Of a DNA stretch of 64,000 nucleotides, positions 12,958-26,420 are shown piece by piece (position 1 is the first letter of the stretch; every line of letters begins with the position of its first letter). The notes below the pieces were generated by a model. The model was given only the letters and a program-made list of their open reading frames with translations, was not told the origin of the DNA and searched no databases. The translations under genes and the position numbers were made by a program. The stretch is from contig CM075997.1 of NCBI GenBank assembly GCA_038087875.1, forward strand, positions 7,318,001 to 7,382,000. Direction: 5' to 3'. This stretch comes from Malacoraja senta. Lineage: Eukaryota.

Positions 12958-14372
12958 ATAGATAGAAACATAGAAACATAGAAACATAGAAAGTAGGTGC
13001 GAGAGCAGACCACCAGGTCCATCGAGCCCGCACCGCCACTCGCTCATGGCTGAACACCAAACAAACACCCCTACCCACAAACAGTAGACACAAGACACAG
13101 AACACAAGACACTACCCTCCCCTTTATACCGCTATCACCCCTCTCCACCCCAAGAACCGCGTGATCTCCTGGGGGAGGCAAAAAACCGGATAAAAACCCA
13201 GGTCCAATTCGGGAAAAAAATCCGGGAAATTCCTCTCCGACCCCAATCCAGGCGATCGACACTTGTCCAGGAGATCACTCAGGTCTTACTATACTAACCC
13301 TACCTAGGTCCATATCCCTGCCCTCTCCCCATAGCCCCTTATCCCCTTGGCAGCTAAAAAACCATCTATTTTAGACTTAAATATATTTAATGTTTCTGCT
13401 TCCACTGCTCCCTGGGGCAGTGAATTCCATAAATTAACCACCCTCTGGGTGAAGAAGTTCTTCCTCATCTCAGTTTTAAAAGAGCCCCCCCTTATTCTGC
13501 AACTATGTCCCCTAGTTCTAGTTTCCCCGATCATTGGGAACATCCTCGGTGCATCCACCCGATCAAGGCCCCTCACGATCTTATATGTTTCAATGAGATC
13601 GCCTCTCATTCTTCTAAACTCCAAAGAGTAGAGTTCCAGCCTACTTAACCTTTCCTCATATGTCAATCCCCTCATTGCAGGAATTAATCTTGTAAACCTT
13701 TGCTGCACTGCCTCCAGGGCCAGTACATCCTTTCTTAAGTATGGACCCCAGAACTGTACACAGTATTCCAAATGTGGTCTCACTAATACTGTGTACAGCT
13801 GCAGCAAGACCTCCGTGTTTTTATACTCAATCCCCCTAGCAATAAAGGCCAAAACTCCATTGGCCTTCCTGATAGCTTGCTGCACCTGCATACTAACTTT
13901 TAGTGATTCATGTACTACTACCCCTAGATCCCTTTGCGTTGCATTACAGCGCAGCTCCTCCTCATTTAGAAAATAACTTGCCCTATCATTTTTTTTCCCA
14001 AAGTGAATGACTTCACATTTATTAGTATTAAATTTCATCTGCCAAGTTGTTGCCCACTCACCTAGCTTATCTATATCCTTTTGCAGACTCTTCCTATCCT
14101 CCTCATCCCCTACTTTTCTTCCCATTTTTGTATCGTCCGCAAATTTTGATATATTACACTTGGTTCCCTCCTCCAAATCATTTATATAAATTGTGAACAA
14201 CTGGGGTCCCAGCACCGACCCTTGCGGAACCCCGCTAGTTACCGGTTGCCATCCCGAATATGAACCATTTATCCCCACTCTCTGCTTCCTATTTGTTAGC
14301 CAATCCTCTACCCATGCTAATATATTACCCCCAATCCCATAATTTTTTATTTTTAGCAATAGTCTCTTATGA
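12958..14372 (-). mobile_element. 5'-truncated CR1 LINE (distinct subfamily with ~340-bp 3' UTR)
   Basis: ORF track 13304-14413 contains GVPQGSVLGP, FADD and RPHLEYCVQFW; (TTTCTATG)n tail near 12960-12990. Confidence 0.95.
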
Positions 14373-14763
14373 TAGATACATAGATGTAAGGTAGCCCTGA
14401 AGAAGGGTCCCAACCCAAAATGTCACCTATCTATTTCCTCCAGCTAGTTACGAGTTACTTTGGCATTTTGTGTCTCATCTTTGATATAAACCAGCATCTG
14501 CAGTTTTTAAATTACGGACATAGATACAATCAGTTCAAATGCAAGTTCCAAAAGATTGAGTATAGGGGAAGATACAGAGTGGGGAATATAGTTCTCAGCA
14601 TTGTAGCGCATCAGTTGCTATTTTTCAGCTCATTGACATACTTTTCACATTCATAATTGAGTATTTTAAAGTAACTTTATATGCTTGAAAGATGATATTG
14701 ACAGCCTCAAACTCTAAAGTATAATTAATTAAAGTACTAATATATCTGATCCCTCACAGGTTA

Positions 14764-15280
14764 AGGGCCTGTCCCACTTTCAAAAGGTAATTCACGAATT
14801 CTCCCGAGTTTTCCCCTGATTCAAACTCGCAGAATGTTCGTAACGAGTCCGTAGGAGGCCGTAGGAGTCCGTGGATATATCGTAGCAGCTCGTTATGCCA
14901 GCCGTAGGTACTCGGGGCATCAGGTGATTTGGGGCGTTTTTTCCAGCCCGATTAAAAATGGCCACGAGTTAAAAAAATAGTCGGGATGAAAAAAATGGCA
15001 ACTTTTACTCTTAGTTAGTTCGTGGGCTGTGAGGGTACTCGTAGGTAGTCGTGGGCACTCGTGGATATTCGTGGGTACTCGTAGCTCGGACAGAGTAAAA
15101 AAGATGAGTGAAAAAAAAAGCTTAAGTCAACATCAGCACGTGACCTCTGTCACTCCAGTTTGCGAGCATATTCGTGGAAGTTCGTAGGAGTTCGTAGATG
15201 ACCAAAATCTTGATTTTTTTTTTAGGTCCTTTACACTCGGCAGAGGTTTTGGATTAAGTCGTGAAAGTGGGACAGGCCCT
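14764..15280. mobile_element. PIF/Harbinger-type MITE
   Basis: TTA|AGGGCCTGTCCCACTTTC...GAAAGTGGGACAGGCCCT|TTA. Confidence 0.9.
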
Positions 15281-15569
15281 TTACCCTTTATCAGGAAGCA
15301 CATAGGAAGCATCGTGTGTCATTTACTGCAAGTTCGTTAGAATCAATATTCATGGTAAACACCATCAGAAATGTAATACTATTCAATATAATCACTTATC
15401 TGAATGTCAACTGGGTTCACATTGGATAGCTCCTGTTGCAATCAGCAGCGTAACCAGCTGGCAGACATATAGTTGGTCTGCCAGACTTATGTCTGCCAAC
15501 TCCCTATAGTTGGCAGACATAAGATATCGCAGATGCTGTAATCTGGAGCAAAAAACAAACTTTTAGATG

Positions 15570-16162
15570 TTAAAGATACAGCGTGGAAAGGGGCCCTTCG
15601 GCCCACCAAGTCCACGCCAACCAGTGATCATCCCGTAAACTATCTCTATCCTGCACACTTGAGAGAGTTTACAACGTATAGAAGCCAATTAACCCACGAT
15701 GTCGCAGTGGTAGAGTTGCTGCCTTACAGCGCCACAGACCCAGGTTCGATCCTGACTATGGGTGGTGTCTGTATGGAGTTTGTACGTTCTCCCCGTGACT
15801 TGCTTGGGTTTTCTCCGGTTTCCCCCCACACTCCAAAGACGTACAGGTCTGTAGGTTAATTGGCTCGGTAACATTGTAAATTGTCCCAAGTGCGTGTATG
15901 ATAGTGTTAGTGTACGGGGATTACAGGTCAGCACGGACTCGGTGGGCTGAAGGGCCTGTTACCATGCTGTATCTCCAAACTAAACTAAACTACAGACCTG
16001 CCTGTCTTTGGAGTGTGGAAGGAAAAAAGAGCACCCGGAGAAAACTCATGCAGGTCACAGGGAGAACGTACAAACTCCATATCGACAGCAACCTCAGTCA
16101 CGATTGAACCCGGGTATCTGGCGCCGTGAGGCAGCAACTCTACCACTGCGCCACCGTGCCGC
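15570..16162. mobile_element. V-SINE (+, ~15696-15990) inserted into an antisense V-SINE
   Basis: The minus-strand copy is split at gccaattaac|ctacagacc by a plus-strand copy. Confidence 0.8.
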
Positions 16163-16600
16163 TCAAACTGCTGGAGGAAATCAGGGATCGGGCAGCACCT
16201 GTAAAGCAAAAGGCTTTATGTCGAGGACCGAGACTGCACAGGGGAGTTAGCCAGTGGAAAGATGTGTCAGGGGCTGGCAGGCAATCAACGGAACCAAGTG
16301 AGGAGGCAGATAGATGATGAGTAGATGGAAACAGGTTGGGGGGGAAGGATGGAGTTGGGGCACAGCAAACGGAGATAGATGGACAGAAAAGGAGAAAAGA
16401 AAGAGGGCAGATGGAACCAAGTGGGGATAGGAGGTTGGAGGAAGAGACAGAGGCTGGAAGGAGATGCGGTGCAAATGCTGCAATTGCTAAGTAAGGAAGA
16501 TAAGACATTATGGTTTGTGGTGACTGAAGCTAGGAACTTCAGAAGGCAGTGGAGGCCAATTCTCTGGATGCTTTCAAGAGAGCGTTAGCTAGAGCTCTAA

Positions 16601-17384
16601 AGGGGCTGTCCCACTTGGGCGACCTAATCCACGAGTTAAAAAGAGTGTCTTCGACCTTCAAGCTCGAGGGCACTCGCCTGGAAAGCCTCGAGCTGGATCG
16701 ACCGTCCGCATTGAAACCTCGAGCTGGATCGACCGACCGCGCACACACACACACACACACACATCGCAACGGCTGGGGCCAGGAAAAGCGGGGGAGCGCT
16801 ATCTGAAATTCACACCCGCGATGAAGAAGGTAAAATGGCTGCACAGGTCCTTTAGAGAGTGCGGGGGGGTGGAGAGAAGGGGAGAGGGGGAGAGAGGGGG
16901 AGAGAAGGGGAAAGGGGGGGAGAAGGGGAGAGAAGGGGGGGAAAGGGGAGGGAGAAGGACTGGAGACACTTTTAAGAAGCCAGACAACTTATAATAATGT
17001 TTAGCGGGCATTTAACCTATTCCTGGGTATTCCTGGGTCCTGAAAACTCCAATGAGCCAATCAAAATGCCCGGTCAGCAAAGGAGATTGCCTACGGCTGC
17101 CCTCGACTGCCTGTAACTAAATAGCGACCCCACTCCACTGCACTACGAGTTAAAAAGAACCGTGCCGACCAATTTTTATTCGCGGAAAATTTTTCAATAT
17201 GCTGAAACATTTTCTGTGACCTAGCTGAGGCCACGAGTATTCGGGAACTTCCCTCGAGCATGAAGGAGAGTTCCAGTGACCTCATAGGACATCCTACGAC
17301 CACGTGTCGACCATGCTGCGAGTTTGAAGGGCGAAGAATCTCTTCTAAACTCGCAGATTAGGTCGCCCAAGTGGGACAACCCCT
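16601..17384. mobile_element. PIF/Harbinger-type MITE nested in a CR1 3' end
   Basis: TAA|AGGGGCTGTCCCACTTGGGCGACCTAATC...GATTAGGTCGCCCAAGTGGGACAACCCCT|TTG; internal (CA)n and G/A-rich tract. Confidence 0.88.
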
Positions 17385-17779
17385 TTGAAGATAGCAGAGG
17401 CAGGGGATATGGGGAGAAGGCAGAAACGGGGTACTGATTGTGGATGATCAGCCATGATCACAGTGAATGGCGGAGCTGGCTCGAAGGGCCAAATGGCCTA
17501 CTCCTGCACCCATTGTCTATTGTCTATTGACAGGTTTTGAGGAATAAGCATTGCTCCTATATCATTGGTACTACTGGCTGTAATCTCTTGTCAGTCGCAA
17601 CTAGTAACTCTAATCCTGTAAGGGGCTTAAAAGGAGTTTCTGGTTGCAAATTATGGACTTTATTGTACATTAAAACATTCTAGAGCCTATTCTGAATATC
17701 TACAGATCGCACATTGGTTTTCGGTCCAGAGATCTTGTGGCGATTTATTAGAAATGATGTAGAAACCATCTACAAACAG

Positions 17780-17969
17780 TTTGTTTAAGAAGGAACTGCA
17801 GATGCTGGATAATCAAAGGTAGACAAAAGTGCTGGAGAAACTCAACGGGTGCAGCAGCATCTATGGAGCGAAGGAAATAGGCATCGTTTCGGGCCGAAAC
17901 GTTGCCTATTTCCTTCGCTCCATAGATGCTGCTGCACCCGCTGAGTTTCTCCAGCACTTCTGTCTACCA
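17780..17969. mobile_element. Fold-back (palindromic) Penelope pLTR derivative
   Basis: Near-perfect hairpin centred on GTTTCGGGCCGAAAC; flanked by the duplication ACCATCTACAAACAG (17765-17779 and 17966-17980). Confidence 0.85.
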
Positions 17970-19084
17970 TCTACAAACAGGTTCCACCCCAAACTGCCAA
18001 ATCCCCCAAAGGTAAATTCATCCTTTTCAAAAATCAATACAAACAATATAATGGTATATGGACACACTGATCTGTTCTGTATTCATGTCTACTATATTCT
18101 TTTGTGCTGAAGCAAAGCAAGAATTTCATTTTCCTATCTGGGACACATGACAATAAACTCTCTTGACTTGACTTGATCTCAATCGTGAAATTTTAATCAA
18201 GGATAGCTGATGATTCAAGAATAGGTAATCTCTGAACTCATAGCTGCTAATCAACTAAAAATGATGGCATTATTGTCAACTATCATTTCAACATTTTTAA
18301 ATGTGTATGAATAATTCAGTGTGGTTATTAGAATTAATTGAAATATAAGTTGCGCTCTCAAGTTTTTTTTGTTTTCTATAACATTAGGATATCACATTGA
18401 TTTTTATTTGCTGCATATGTTCCTAAGATCAATAAATATGTTTAGAGATTAGAGATTAGAGATTCCTTTATTTGTCATTCAGACCTTTCGGTCTGAACGA
18501 AATTTCGTCATACATATAATAATAAATAACAAAACACACAATAAACACAAATTAACATCCACTATGTTCCGAAGATCAATAAATTTGTACTATGTTTCCA
18601 ATATTAAAAATTATTGGTAGCATATATACTTTCTTCTCAAGTGGAAGAAGGTAAAACAATCTTTGCAGTCTTCAAATTAGAAACATCCCATAATCTCCAG
18701 ATAACTATTCAATGTAATGTTTTTTCTTTTTTAATTTGGTAAGAGAACCTCTCGGTCTTATTCCAATTTTTTATTTATTTACTTCTTTTTTTTTCCCCTA
18801 TCTACTTTTTTTTTTAAATTGGATTGCTGTTTTTCTTATTTAGTTTTATTTATGGTGATGGTGTTTATTTTCAATAAACTTGAGCAATCAAATGCAAAAA
18901 AAACAAAAAACAAATCAGACCATTTAATTCAAGAAGCACTTTTTCGTCAATGGATTGTGGAAACATAGAAAATAGGTGCAGGAGTAGGCCATTCGGCCCT
19001 TTGAGCCAGCACCACCATTCAATATGATCATGGCTGATCATCCAGAATCAGTACCCAGTTCCTGCTTTCTCCCCATATCCCTTA

Positions 19085-19530
19085 ATGCTCTGACCAGGAC
19101 AGGAAGGCTCTGTAGAGAGTAGTGCGTTCGGCCGAACGCACTATGGGAACTACACTCGCCCCCCTGCAGGACCTATACACCAGGAGGTGCAGATCCAGAG
19201 CCAGCAACATTATGGGGGACCCCTACCACCCCAGCAACGGACTGTTCCAGCTGCTACGGTCAGGCAAACGCCTCCGCTGTCGCGCTGTGAAAACAGAGAG
19301 GATAAGACGGAGTTTCTTCCCACAGGCCGTCAGGACTGTAAACTCTAATCTCACCAGGGACTAATTTACTGTTGTGTTGTGTCTTTTTAAAACATTTTTC
19401 TAAAATGTAAATACTTGTTCTATTCTGTTCTGTTGTTCTGTTGTTTTTGCACAATCCGCAGGCATTGCCACTTTCATTTCACTGCACATCTTGTATGTGT
19501 ATGACAAATAAAGTTGAATTGACTTGAATT
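19085..19530 (+). mobile_element. Rex1/Babar-type LINE 3' fragment nested in a CR1 tail
   Basis: RVVRSAER...LQDLYTRRCRSRA..IMGDPYHP..GLFQLLRSGKR..RRSFFPQAVR; AATAAA followed by a (TTGAM)n tail. The host CR1 3' end (18961-19084) resumes after it. Confidence 0.85.
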
Positions 19531-20089
19531 CCATTAGTCCTAAGAGCTATATCCAACTCTCACTTAAAATCTGGAGCTCCTCAAAAGCCTATTAACAAAT
19601 ATTGCAAAACATTGTGTTTTTTTTAGCAAGGTTATGAAGGCCATGTAGAACAAAAGTGATTAAAATAAGTTGAGAGGGTAATACTGATGAAGGGCTGCAT
19701 AGTGGTGCAGCTGGTAAAGCCACTGCCTCACAGCGCCAGAGAACCAGGTTCGATCCTGACCTCCACACCACTGTGTGGAGTTTGCATGTTCTCCCTGTGA
19801 CCATGTGGGTTTCCTCCAGGTGCTCCAGTTTCCTCCCACATCACAAAGTTATGCCGATTTGGTAGATAAATTGGCCTCTGTAACACGATCCTGACCTCGT
19901 GTGGTTGGAAGTGAATGCGAAAGTGGGATACATTAAAAATAATGTGTACGGGTCATCGATGGTCGGCATGGACTCAGTGGGCCGAAGGGCCTGTTTTCAC
20001 ACTATAGCTCCAAAATAAAAAGTAAACGATGGCACAGACTTGAGGCTAATTGGCCCGGTGTCTAAAAAAGACACAAAGTGTTATAGTAA

Positions 20090-20517
20090 AGGGCCTGTCC
20101 CACTTAGGAGACCTAAACAGCAACCTCTGGTGACCTTGCCCACCACCCAAAAAAAAAATCAAGGTCGAGGTGACCTGCAACCTCCTACCACCTCCCACGC
20201 ATATGTTGAAATGTCGACTATGAAGAAAACCGCCTTCGACCTCCCTTGACTACCTTCGACTAGCGTCACAACCGGCTTCGACTAGACCTGCAACAAAAAA
20301 ATAATCAATTTTTAAAACGGCAACCTATTTTTGGTTGAGTCTGGTTTTAATCATGATGAAAAAATAGCAGCAACCTAGATGAAGCCTCGACCACGCGGGA
20401 ACCACTTTCGACCATTAGGGAGAGTGACCAAAACCTCCGGTGACCTCGTGGAAACCTTGGGTGGTGGGCAAGGTCACCAGAGGTTGCTGTTTAGGTCTCC
20501 TAAGTGGGACAGGCCCT
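20090..20517. mobile_element. PIF/Harbinger-type MITE
   Basis: TAA|AGGGCCTGTCCCACTTAGGAGACCTAAACAGCAACCTCTGGTGACCTTGCCC... with ~55-bp TIRs ...AGGCCCT|TAA. Confidence 0.9.
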
Positions 20518-23500
20518 TAATTCTGCGGATCAGATCGGATCACCACCATCTCTGCATCTTGAAATCTTTATAGATTTCTTTAATTAGGAATTGCTATATT
20601 TGTAGAGGATAGTCAACACTCCCAGCGTCTGTAGATTCATTTAATGTTTATTTTTATTCTTCTCCATGAAACCACCTACTGCTGCCGTTTCCCCAACTGC
20701 CCAATCCACTGGTGCCACCTTTCCACTTGTTCAATCACCGGTGTACGAGCACATTCAATTGTATGCTTCTCTTCAAGAAACCAAATTTCAACTTTAGTTT
20801 GTTTTGTTTCCCTTTGATGATGCACCCTCTCCAATGAACAAACGATTCATATCTCCATTATTCATCTGGAGGAGGCTGATGGTTGGGTAATGTTTAAGAA
20901 AGAACTGCAGATGCTGGAAAAATCGAAGGTAGACAAAAATGCTGGAGAAACTCAGCGGGTGAGGCAGCATCTATGGAGCGAAGGAATAGGTGACGTTTCG
21001 TGTCGAGACCCTTCTTCAGACTGAAGAAACGTCACCTATTCCTCTGCTCCATAGATGCTGCCTCACCCGCTGAGTTTCTCCAGCATTTTGTGTCCAATGT
21101 ATACGTACACTGAACTAATTGTACTCGCTTAATATGTTGTTTACAGTGTACTGTGTTTACATATTCTGTTGCGCTGCTGTGAATAAGGTTTTAATTGTTC
21201 TATCTGGGACAAATGACTGTGTCGCCACCCGGTGGTTAGGCCACTTACTGTGCGAACCCTCGGCAGTTGAGGGTAGGGTCACCTGACTGGGTAATGTCGG
21301 GAAGGAGTTGTCGCGAGGTATAGGTGTTGTGTTTGACGGATAATCTACCTTTGTCTACCTTTGATGGTTGGGTAAAGTGGATAATGCCAAAGAAGAAAGA
21401 CGGTATGCGACCATGAACTGAGAAGTTGCATATTGTGAAGGTAGAGGAAGGAATATAGTGTGGATGGGGAGAAATGTGAGATACAGGGGAAAGAGGGGGG
21501 GGGGGGAGATGGGTATTTTGTCAGTTCGATCTAGGTGGCTGGAGGAGCTGTTTCTGAACTATATAGTTCTTATGATTCAACATTAAATCTGCTAACGGCA
21601 GTTTAATGAACGAATGTGTAATGCCACAAATATAAGCTGTATTCCGACTGAATACAAACTGAAATTAGCATCAAAAAAGCACTGTACAGAACATCCTCTG
21701 AATAAATAACACAAGGTACAAAGACAATACATAGATTGGAATACAGATGAAGTGAAGGTTGTGATTTAGAAGAAAAACATTAATTGCAATTAAAATATCC
21801 TGCATGAAAGGTTTACGAATCTTTTATTCCAAATCCTCAGTAATTCTTGTTCTAGATATTAGGGAGAGGTGTCAGCAAATATACAAGTTTGTGATTGAAG
21901 TGTATGCTTGTGCTAAAGCTTGTATAGGCCTTGCAGCTGGCTTTTTTGTCAGCCATTGCCTGAGAATGTTGGAGAACTCATGGACTTATACCGGGAAATC
22001 CATCCACAGAACCCAATACCAGGTGAGACCCAAGTTCATAAGACACAGGAGCAGAATTAGGCCATTTGGCCCATCAAGTCTCCTCCGCTGTTCAATCATG
22101 GCTGATCTATTTTTCCCTCTCAACCCCATTCTCCTGCCTTCTTCCTGTAGCCTCTGACACCCTTACTAATCAAGATCCTATCAATCTCTGCTTTAAAAAT
22201 ATCCAATGACATGACCTCCACTGCCGTTTGTGGCAATGAATTCCACAGATTCACCTCTTCTCCATTCTAAATACATTCCTCCTTATCTCCATTCTAAAGG
22301 TACAACCTTTTATTCTAAGACTGTGCCTCCTGGTCCTAGCATCTCCCTGGAAACACTTCTAGAAACATCCTTCCCACATCCACTATTTAGACCTTTGCAG
22401 AAACAGTATCTTCCTTCATTAAAAAAAAGGAGAAGAACCAAGTTTTATCTTTTACAATTTCAAATAAATTAAATTGTTGATTTTTTAAATTAATTCTCAT
22501 GTTTTATTAATTCTTGATACTAACTAGTTTGATTTGTTTTAAAATAGTTTTGCAATGATTTAGAATGTCAGAGTAACTTATGTGTATTCAATACTTTTAA
22601 CAGTCGGCTAAGCTTAGTTGGCTATCCAAATACATTTCTTCCAGATATTTTCATTGGCAGGATTCCCATGCTTGAGAATTAGGATAGTTGTTTGCAGCCA
22701 TTATGATCTACTGTAGGTAATACAGCAATCAAACAGCTTACTGCTGGCAGGAAATTTCTGAACAATAACTTACTGCACAATAATACATGAAAATAAAATC
22801 TTCTGGTTAATAATAATGCACAATAAAATCTTCTGGTTATTTAAAATCAAAGTTTCTCACCAGTGTCCCATATTGTGCATTAAATAGGACTAACATAACA
22901 AATTCTGTTTCCCCAGGGCACTTAGATACATCCAATGCTTGAAAATAGACACAGAGTGCTGGAATAACTCAGCAGGTCAGGCAGCATCTCTGGAGAACAT
23001 GAATAGGTGACGTTTCTGGACAGAATACTTCCCAGTGTGAAGAAAGGTCCCGACCCGAAACATTACCTGTCCATGTTTTGCATTGATGCTGCCTGACCCG
23101 CTGAGTTACTCCAGCACTTTTTTTTTGTAAACCAGCATCTGCAGTTCCTTGTTTCTACAATGCTTGAAAATCTCTGGTTTAGAGACCATCATAGTTGAAC
23201 AAAATGGAATTAATGTGGTCAGTAAGTTTCTTCAGTTACTTCACAAAGATGCTAACTTGTTTATTTCACATACATTAATGTAATTAAAACAGTATTCAGT
23301 GGGGTTTTACAAAATATCCTTATGCATTTCTATTCATGTTACATGTGGCAACTCCAACCCAGCTGCACTTTTCCAGATCTTTCGTGGCTTATTCCATGGG
23401 ATGAGATGAATTTCATTGAAAAATGTTATTCTGTTGTGCCTAGTTGTTGATGCGTATTCTCATCTCGTCTGTTAAAGAATGCTGTACGTGAAGTAAAAAA

Positions 23501-23829
23501 ACCTGTGATTCATTCTGCTTGAATTGTCCAAGAAATGGCAAAAGCATGGCAACATTAAAATTTAATGAACAAAAATTTATTTTCATCGTGTTCTTGAAAT
23601 ATTGTTTCTTGATTGTCTTAGCTTCTAATGTTGGCCTATTGATGTTTGAATTTGTCAGTGTTGTTTCCTTACTGTGTTTCAATATTATGCCAAATGAGCC
23701 TTAACATGCAAAGAGAATTGGTCACTTTTTTGGAATAAAACTTGTGAATGAATAAATGACTTGCACACTGTTAAAACAAAGTGTCTCTGATGATGATGTA
23801 TAATCTCATCCCCTGTTATTTTGTTCATT

Positions 23830-24530
23830 GTTTAAGAAGGAACTGCAGATGCTGGAAAATCGAAGGTAGACAAAAATGCTGGAGAAACTCAGCGGGTGCA
23901 GCAGCATCTATGGAGCGAAGGAGATAGGCAACGTTTCAGGCCAAAACCCTTCTTCAGACTGATGTGAGGGGGGGGGGGGGCAGGAAGAAGAAAGGAAGAG
24001 GTGGACCCAGTGGGCTGAGGGAGAGCTGAGAAGGGGAGGAGAAAGTAGGGACTACCTGTAGTTAGAGAAGTCAATGTTCATACCGCTGGGGTGCAAACTG
24101 CCCAAGCAAAATATGAGGTGCTGCTCCTCGGTGGTCCTCACTCTGGCCATGGAGGAGGCCGAGGACAGAAAGGTCGGATTCGGAATGGGAGGGGGAGTTG
24201 AAGTGCTGAGTCACCGGGAGATCAGGTTGGTTATTGCGAACCGAGCGGAGGTGTTCGGCAAAGCGATCGCCAAGCCTACGCTTGGTCTCACCGATGTAGA
24301 GCAGCTGACATCTAGAGCAGCGGATGCAATAGATGAGGTTGGAGGAGGTGCAGGTGAACCTCTGCCGCACCTGGAAAGACTGCTTGGGTCCTTGAATGGA
24401 GTCAAGGGGGGGGGGGGGGGGGGGCAGATAAAGCGACAAGTGCAGAATTTCCTGTGGTTGCTAGGGAAAGTGCCCGGAGAAGGGGTGGTTCGGGTGGGAA
24501 GGGACGAATTGACCAGGGAGTTACGGAGAG
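23830..24530 (-). mobile_element. Penelope-like element 3' part: GIY-YIG endonuclease and pseudo-LTR
   Basis: FTCTSSNLIYCIRCSRCQLLYIGETKRRLGDRFAEHLRSV...PVTQHFNSPSH, then the LGSLHP.GMNIDF-like terminus and a pLTR with a hammerhead-like motif. Confidence 0.92.
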
Positions 24531-24761
24531 CGGCCACTGTGGAAATTTTGTTCATTGATGGCTGCTAATCTTCTGCTTTCTATTAATCACTAGTGATTGT
24601 GTTAAATGCCCATTGTACGTTGAATGGGTGACGTTTCGGGTCGAGACCCTTCTTCAGACTATTACTTCTCTCCAGAGATGCTGCTTGTCTCACTGAGTTA
24701 CTCTAGCATTTTGTGTCTACCCTCGATTTAAACCAGCATCTGCAGTTCTTTCATACAGATA

Positions 24762-26420
24762 CAGTGCCCTCCATAATGTTTGGGACAAAAACCCAACATT
24801 TATTTATTTGCCTCTGCACTCCATAATTTGAGATTTGTAATAGAAAAAAATCATATGTGGTTAAAGTACACATTGTCAGAATTTTAAAAAGGCCATTTTT
24901 ATACATTTTGGTTTCACCATGTAGAAATTACAGCAGTATTTATACATAGTCCCCCCATTTCAGAGCACCATACTGTTCGGGGCACAGCAATGTCATGTAA
25001 ATGAAAGTAGTCATGTTTAGTATTTTGTTGCATATCCTTTGCATGCAATGACTGCTTGAAGTCTGCGATTCATGGACATCACCAGTTGCTGGGTGTCTTC
25101 TCTGGTGATGCTCTGCCAGGCCTGTATTCCAGCCATCTACAGCTTATGCTTGTTTTGGGGGCTAGTCCCCTTCAGTTTTCTCTTCAGCATATAAAAGACA
25201 TGCTCAATTGGGTTCAGATCGGATGATTGACTTGGCCTTTCAAGAATTTACCATTTTTTAGCTTTGAAAAACTCCTTTGTTGCTTTAGCAGTATGTTTGG
25301 GAACATTGTCTTGCTGTAGAATGAACCACCGGCCAATTAGTTTTGAGGCATTTGTTTGAACTTGAGCAGATAGGATGTGTCTATAGACTTCAGAATTCAT
25401 TATGCTACTACCATCAGCAGTTGTATCATCAATGAAGATAAGTGAGCCAGTACCTTCAGCAGCCATACATGCCCAGGCCATAACACCCCCACCACCGTGT
25501 TTCACACATGAGGTGGTATGCTTTGGATCTTGGGCAGTTCCTTCTCTCCTCCATACTTTGCTCTTGCCATCACTCTGATATAAGTTAATCTTTGTCTCAT
25601 CTGTCCACAAGACCTTTTTCCAGAACTGTGGTTGCTCTTTTAAGTACTTCTTGGCAAACTGTAACCTGGCCATCCTATTTTTGCAGCTAACCAGTGGTTT
25701 GCATCTTGCAGTGTAGCCTCTGTATTTCTGTTCATGAAATCTTCTGCGGACAGTGGTCATTGACAAATCCACACCTGACTCCTGAAGTGTGTTTCTGATC
25801 TGTCGGACAGGTGTTTGGGGATTTTTCTTTATTATAGAGAGAATTCTTCTGTCATCAGCTGTGGAGGTCTTCCTTTGCCTGCCAGTCCCTTTGCGATTAG
25901 TAAGCTCACCAGTGCTCTCTTTCTTCTTAATGATGTTCCAAACAGATGATAAGCCTATGGTTTGGCTGATGTCTCTAACAGTTTTATTCTTGTTTCTCAG
26001 TCTCATAATGGCTTTGTTGACTTTCATTGGCACAACTTTGGTCCTCATGTTGATAAACAGCAATAAAAGTTTCCAAAGGTGATGGAAAGACTGGAGGAAA
26101 AATGTGGTGCTGAGAGCGCTCTTATACCTGCATGAAGGAGGCATTTAAACAAACCTGAGCAATTACAAAACACCTGTGAAGCCATGTGTCCCAAACATTA
26201 TGGTGCCCTGAAATGGGTGGGTGGGTGGGGGTGGGGGGGACTATGTATAAACATAGCTGTGATTTCTACATGGTGAAACCAAAATGTATAAAAGTACCCT
26301 TTAATAAAATCTGACAATGTGCACTGTGATTTTTTTTTCTATTATAAATCTCAAATTGTGTAGTACAGAGGCAAATAAATAAATGATGGGTCTTTGTCCC
26401 AAACATTATGGAGGGCACTG
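24762..26420 (-). mobile_element. Full-length Tc1 (IR/DR type, DD34E) transposon, defective
   Basis: TA|CAGTGCCCTCCATAATGTTTGGGACAAA...TTTGTCCCAAACATTATGGAGGGCACTG|TA. TIRs of ~220 bp with inner direct repeats. Confidence 0.96.
25017..26048 (-). pseudogene. Tc1 transposase with two in-frame nonsense codons
   Basis: ATG at 26048 (MRTKVV...); WTDETK and QQDNVPKH; premature TAA at 25250-25248; the same frame continues ILERPSQSSDLNPIE, has a second stop (TAG near 25139), and ends CKGYATKY* at 25017. Confidence 0.93.

Noticed and set aside
16862..16960. G/A-rich tract with G-quadruplex potential (also 26215-26239)
   Set aside because: Low-complexity expansions inside transposons; no evidence of function.
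26049..26144. N-terminal extension of the Tc1 ORF in the ORF track
   Set aside because: Transposase similarity begins at the ATG at 26048; the upstream part is incidental open frame.
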